Assembly: GCF_001194135.2 (NCBI RefSeq)
Contig: NC_068991.1
Location: forward strand, 15,941,102-15,990,456
DNA: 49,355 nucleotides
Reading direction: 5' to 3'
DNA from: Octopus bimaculoides
Taxonomy: Eukaryota
Position 1 is the first letter of the stretch; the number at the start of each line of letters is the position of its first letter. The translations under genes and the position numbers were made by a program. Below the pieces are notes generated by a model, which saw only the letters and a list, made by a program, of their open reading frames with translations, did not search any database and had not been told where the DNA came from. Below are positions 45,011-49,355 of the stretch, piece after piece.

Positions 45011-46071
45011 TGAAATGAAAGGGTGGGTTGTTACATACAGAGATGAGAAAGGTGACGTTGTGCAGATAGAGAGATGGATAAACAGAGGAGGAAAAAAGTA
45101 GGTATCTAGATTGATGATAGTGTTAGGTAGTTAACGAGTGGGATGTGTGTAGTTAGAGCAGAAATAGATAGAGAGAGAGACAGAGACAGAGAGAACGAGA
45201 GAGAGGGTCTTGTATATTCGTTACTTATTTCATGTCGAAGATTCTTGGATTCTTGAAAAACTTTCTGTCGCCTTTCTTAGTCATCACATTTGTTGGTTTT
45301 TCCTCTCTTTTCAACAACAGCAGCAAAAGTTCTAAATGAATTTCTGCAACTATATTTTCTTGATTATACCAATATATGAAGTGTTTTTAATTCAAAACAA
45401 CAAAAACAAAACAGAGTTGCTTACTTAAAATAATTGTTGGCTACACATATGTGTGTGTGTATGTGGAAGAAGGGTATTTATAATTTCTTTTCGGTGTTGG
45501 GTGATGGACAAACTTTAAATTAGTGCTTGGTATCAGGGTGTGTTTAATCTATTTACATATTTAATTTGGCTTTTGATTATGGCACAAGCTTAAAAAGTGG
45601 ATTGGGGATGTGGTTGGTTAAACAGGATTTCCACTACTTGACTGATATTTGTTTATCGATTTCCATATACTGACATAATAATTATAAGAAACTATCGTAT
45701 TATCTATTTTATATATGTGTGTGTATATATATCTATATATCTATATCTATATCTTAATGTTTGTTTTTTATGTCGAGTTATAATAATTTACAATAATTTA
45801 TATTAAACTGAAGGATTACTCTATAATACTCTCTGAAGAGTACCTATTCATTATTCTTTTACAAGAACTGTTAGGTTTAGCAAGCCGAAAACTTCGAAGT
45901 CACTCTCAACAGTATTCGTGTAAAAGAATTATGTGTACTATATATATATACATATATANNNNNNNNNNNNNNNNNNNNNNNNNNNNNNNNNNNNNNNNNN
46001 NNNNNNNNNNNNNNNNNNNNNNNNNNNNNNNNNNNNNNNNNNNNNNNNNNNNNNNNNNNNNNNNNNNNNNN

Positions 46072-46112
<41 letters not shown>

Positions 46113-46459
46113 CGGCATGTTAATAAATCGAAAATATAATATAAACCATGTCCTTAATTATTGAAACTTTATCACTTATTTCGATGATTTCCGGTATGTA
46201 AACCCGTACTTCTAAAACTAAAGTCTCTTATGTTGTCGAAAGACATGGTGGAAATAGTATCTAGCTTGTTTAAAAAAAGGAGGGACAAGCTCACAGCAGG
46301 ATAATATAGTATGTACAGGTAAAGTTCTGGATGGCCAGAACTGGAAATACCTTTAATTTTGACTGTACTATCAGGGTCGACCTATACTAAACAACACAAC
46401 TGTAATCATTAAAATATGTATCTTTCTAGGTACAGTTGTTTTATGAATCTATCTGAAGT

Positions 46460-47045
46460 ATTTACATCTTGTTATTTAGCCTCGGGGCAGCTCTGATCCA
46501 GAAGACCTACGATAAAAAATAAATGTTTCATGTAGTAATCCATATCGTCTAAATAACAAATTGCAATGATGTGTGGTTCGGGGGGAGATTTGGCTGTTGT
46601 ATCTAGCAGATCGCATAGCGGGCTCTGTTGTTGATCCCTGTTTAATTCTGCTCCGCGTCAACTTCAATTGAAACAAATCTATGATCAAACATACCCTACA
46701 TTATTTAACATGTCTTTTCATGTTTTTCCCCCCTTGGGGACTATGTAATATGAGTTAGGGAGTAGATTTGGTAGCTATTTCTAGCAGGTCGTGTGACTGC
46801 ATAGACACGCCCTCGTTCGTTCGTCCTTGAACTTGTCATTGTTGTTGCTGTGTCGCTACAGCCCAGTCTTGATCAAGTTGACCGACCGCCAGGCACACAA
46901 GTAGTTGTATAACCCCCAAGAAGGCATCTGTAACACGCAGCAGTTAGTTACGGTGCGATTCCATTATCAAATCTTTACAGTTGGCAGGTACTTGTCGCAG
47001 TAGGGCCCAAGGTCAATCCTGATTAAGTAAACTATGATATGGGAG
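46460..47045. repeat. Cluster of degraded family H-related fragments
   Basis: GGAGATTTGGCTGTTGTATCTAGCAG, GATTTGGTAGCTATTTCTAGCAGGTCG and CCCAAGGTCAATCCTGAT. Confidence 0.5.
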
Positions 47046-47214
47046 AAGAGGCGCAACACAGAGCTGCATGTTCTCATCTATCCTTGTTTTCCCCCAAACT
47101 GAGGACTAATCCCGTTGGTTGTAAACGTCCATACGAATGTATGTTTACGCTGGAAGACAACTACTCGAGTGTGAAATAAAGATTGAATGGAAACTTCAAG
47201 GTTTATTTACTTGT

Positions 47215-47242
47215 GGGTATTATGTATGTATATATATTAATA

Positions 47243-47291
<49 letters not shown>

Positions 47292-47430
47292 CATACATGC
47301 ATGTGTGTGTGTATGTATGTACGTGTGTGTATATATGTGCATGTGTGTGTGTATGTATGTACGTGTGTGTATATATGTGTATATGTATGTGTATACGTAT
47401 GTGCATGTGTATGGATGTATGTATGTATTT
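47215..47430. repeat. (TA)n and (TG)-rich compound microsatellite
   Basis: Direct reading. Confidence 0.9.
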
Positions 47431-47965
47431 TTTTCTTTTACATATTTCCGTCCTTTGACTGCGGCCGTTCTGAGTCACCGCCTTGAAAGCTTTTAGTCGA
47501 ACAAATCAACCCCCAGGACTTATATTTTAAACCTAGTACTCATTCTATCGGTTTTCTTTTGCCGAACCGCTATGTTACGGAGACATAAACACACCAACAC
47601 CAGTTGTCAAGCGGTAGTGGGAGACGCACACACACACACGATGTGCTTCTGTCAGTTTCCTTATTTCTTTACTGCTCACAAGGGGCTACACACAGAGGGG
47701 ACAAACAAAGACAGACAAAGGGATTAAGTCGATTATATCGACCCCAGTGCGTAACTGGTACTTATTTAATCGACCCCGAAAGGATGAAAGGCAAAGTCGA
47801 CCTCGGCGGAATTTGAACTCGGAACGTAAAGACAGACGAAATACCGCTAAGCATTTCGTCCCGTGTGCTAACGTTTCTGCCAGCTCGCCGCCGTGCTTCT
47901 GTCAGTTTCCGTCTGCCGAATCCTATCGCAAGGCTTTGCACGGCCTGAATCTATAGAAGAAAACA
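47428..47965 (-). mobile_element. Family A SINE hosting a family B insertion
   Basis: Tail and body at 47428-47660; resumes at 47893-47965. Confidence 0.85.
47661..47892 (-). mobile_element. Family B SINE, full length, with 18-bp TSD
   Basis: TSD GTGCTTCTGTCAGTTTCC at 47643-47660 and 47893-47910. Confidence 0.93.
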
Positions 47966-47992
47966 GCTCGGATTTAAAGCTCTTTCCTCAGT

Positions 47993-48023
<31 letters not shown>

Positions 48024-48639
48024 GAGGAGAAGAAAGCAAAATCCTTTAATAGTCGAAGGGACGGGTGAGAAAGAGATCGGTATCTGGTGAGTCCTTCCCT
48101 GCTCAGTGTCATGCGTAAACTCCCGCTAATTTTCTCCACATTGACATGTCCGTCCAGGAACAGATGATCGCACCTTAGCAAGCGTTTGACGTTACAATTC
48201 AAGAAAATCCAAACACATGCGTCACATAATATCACGTACTTAAAATAAACACGTACGTGTGACCCCCCCCCCTCTCTTTCTGTCTTTCTCTCCCTCTCTC
48301 TCGTCACACATATACACATATGTACATTTTTACAGACACACATCGGTACCGGAACAAGTTAAGGTGCTGTCATCGTAGAAACACTTGTTTTTATCAGCTC
48401 AACTTTCCAACAACAAAAACAACAACAGCAACTACTACTACTATTACTACTACTACATTAGTTGAAGACAACAGGTCAATGTCACACCGTTCTTGAAATT
48501 ATTTGTAGTTGATGTTATTGTTGTTGGAAAGATGAGCTTAATTATAGATAAAAATGTTAAATTTCACACGTGTATGTGTACGTGCATGTGTGTATGCGTG
48601 TGTACACGCGCACACATTTATGTGTGTCTCTGTGTGTGT

Positions 48640-48744
48640 GTCATTATTCAGTCTTATTTCAAGATTTCTTGCCAATAAAGAACCCAGATTCTAACCTAGA
48701 TCCAATACTCCTTCATTGGAATTTCAACACCAGCAGGATATTTT

Positions 48745-48745
<1 letters not shown>
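48640..48745. repeat. Unclassified ~110-bp dispersed repeat, copy 2, followed by (TCTA)n/(TCTG)n
   Basis: Homologous to 617-735. Confidence 0.75.
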
Positions 48746-48950
<205 letters not shown>

Positions 48951-49307
48951 CGTGCAGATTTGTATGTTTTGTTTTACATATATATATATACATATTCTCA
49001 TGTATATAGGTGCATGTCTAGACATGCGTGTATACGCTTAAATGATAAACTTCTGCGAAGTGTTACAGATTTTTACAGTTCCAATGCATGTATGTATGTA
49101 TGTATGAATAACTGAGCAAGCGAACGAACGAACCAAAGAAATTACTCTGCAATAAATAATTTTAACAGTATTTAACAGTAATTTTCCAGTGTTTTCAGCT
49201 CTCATATGGATCATAACACCTATGGATATACTTTGGAGAACTGGAGTATACAGATGTATTTCATGAGCACACAGCTTGGATTATAACCCTTTCACACACA
49301 CACACAC

Positions 49308-49339
<32 letters not shown>

Positions 49340-49355
49340 ATATATATATATTATA

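Noticed and set aside
47951-48343. 130-aa minus-strand ORF and a nearby GTGAGT donor at ~48085
   Set aside because: Both ends are microsatellite-derived, the middle is unrecognisable, and the splice signals are not mutually consistent.

Overview
Gene-poor, repeat-saturated animal genomic DNA from a draft assembly, with about 5 kb of N gaps. The SINE families, the AT-rich background and the dense (TA/CA/TATG/ATT/GAT)n microsatellites look like an Octopus-type cephalopod genome; this is an inference from recalled repeat families, not a database result. I find no convincing host protein-coding gene, rRNA, true tRNA or CRISPR array. Nearly every ORF in the supplied track is a microsatellite or N-gap artefact, or a piece of a dead transposon. 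Recognisable content: fragments of RTE-, R4/Dong- and L1/Tx1-type LINEs, three tRNA-derived SINE families, mariner/Tc1 and hAT transposase relics, several MITEs with TIRs and target-site duplications, and a probable solo LTR. The most interesting observations are: (i) two adjacent fold-back elements near 43.0-43.7 kb built around telomere-type TTAGGG arrays, one with a 24-bp higher-order repeat, plus a third TTAGGG-bearing repeat family at 18.8 and 22.8 kb; (ii) two independent insertions of one SINE family at the same nucleotide of another SINE family, each with its own TSD; (iii) an R4/Dong LINE fragment and an unclassified 559-bp element stacked in the same (TAA)n microsatellite. None of these is proven novel, and all need a repeat-library search.
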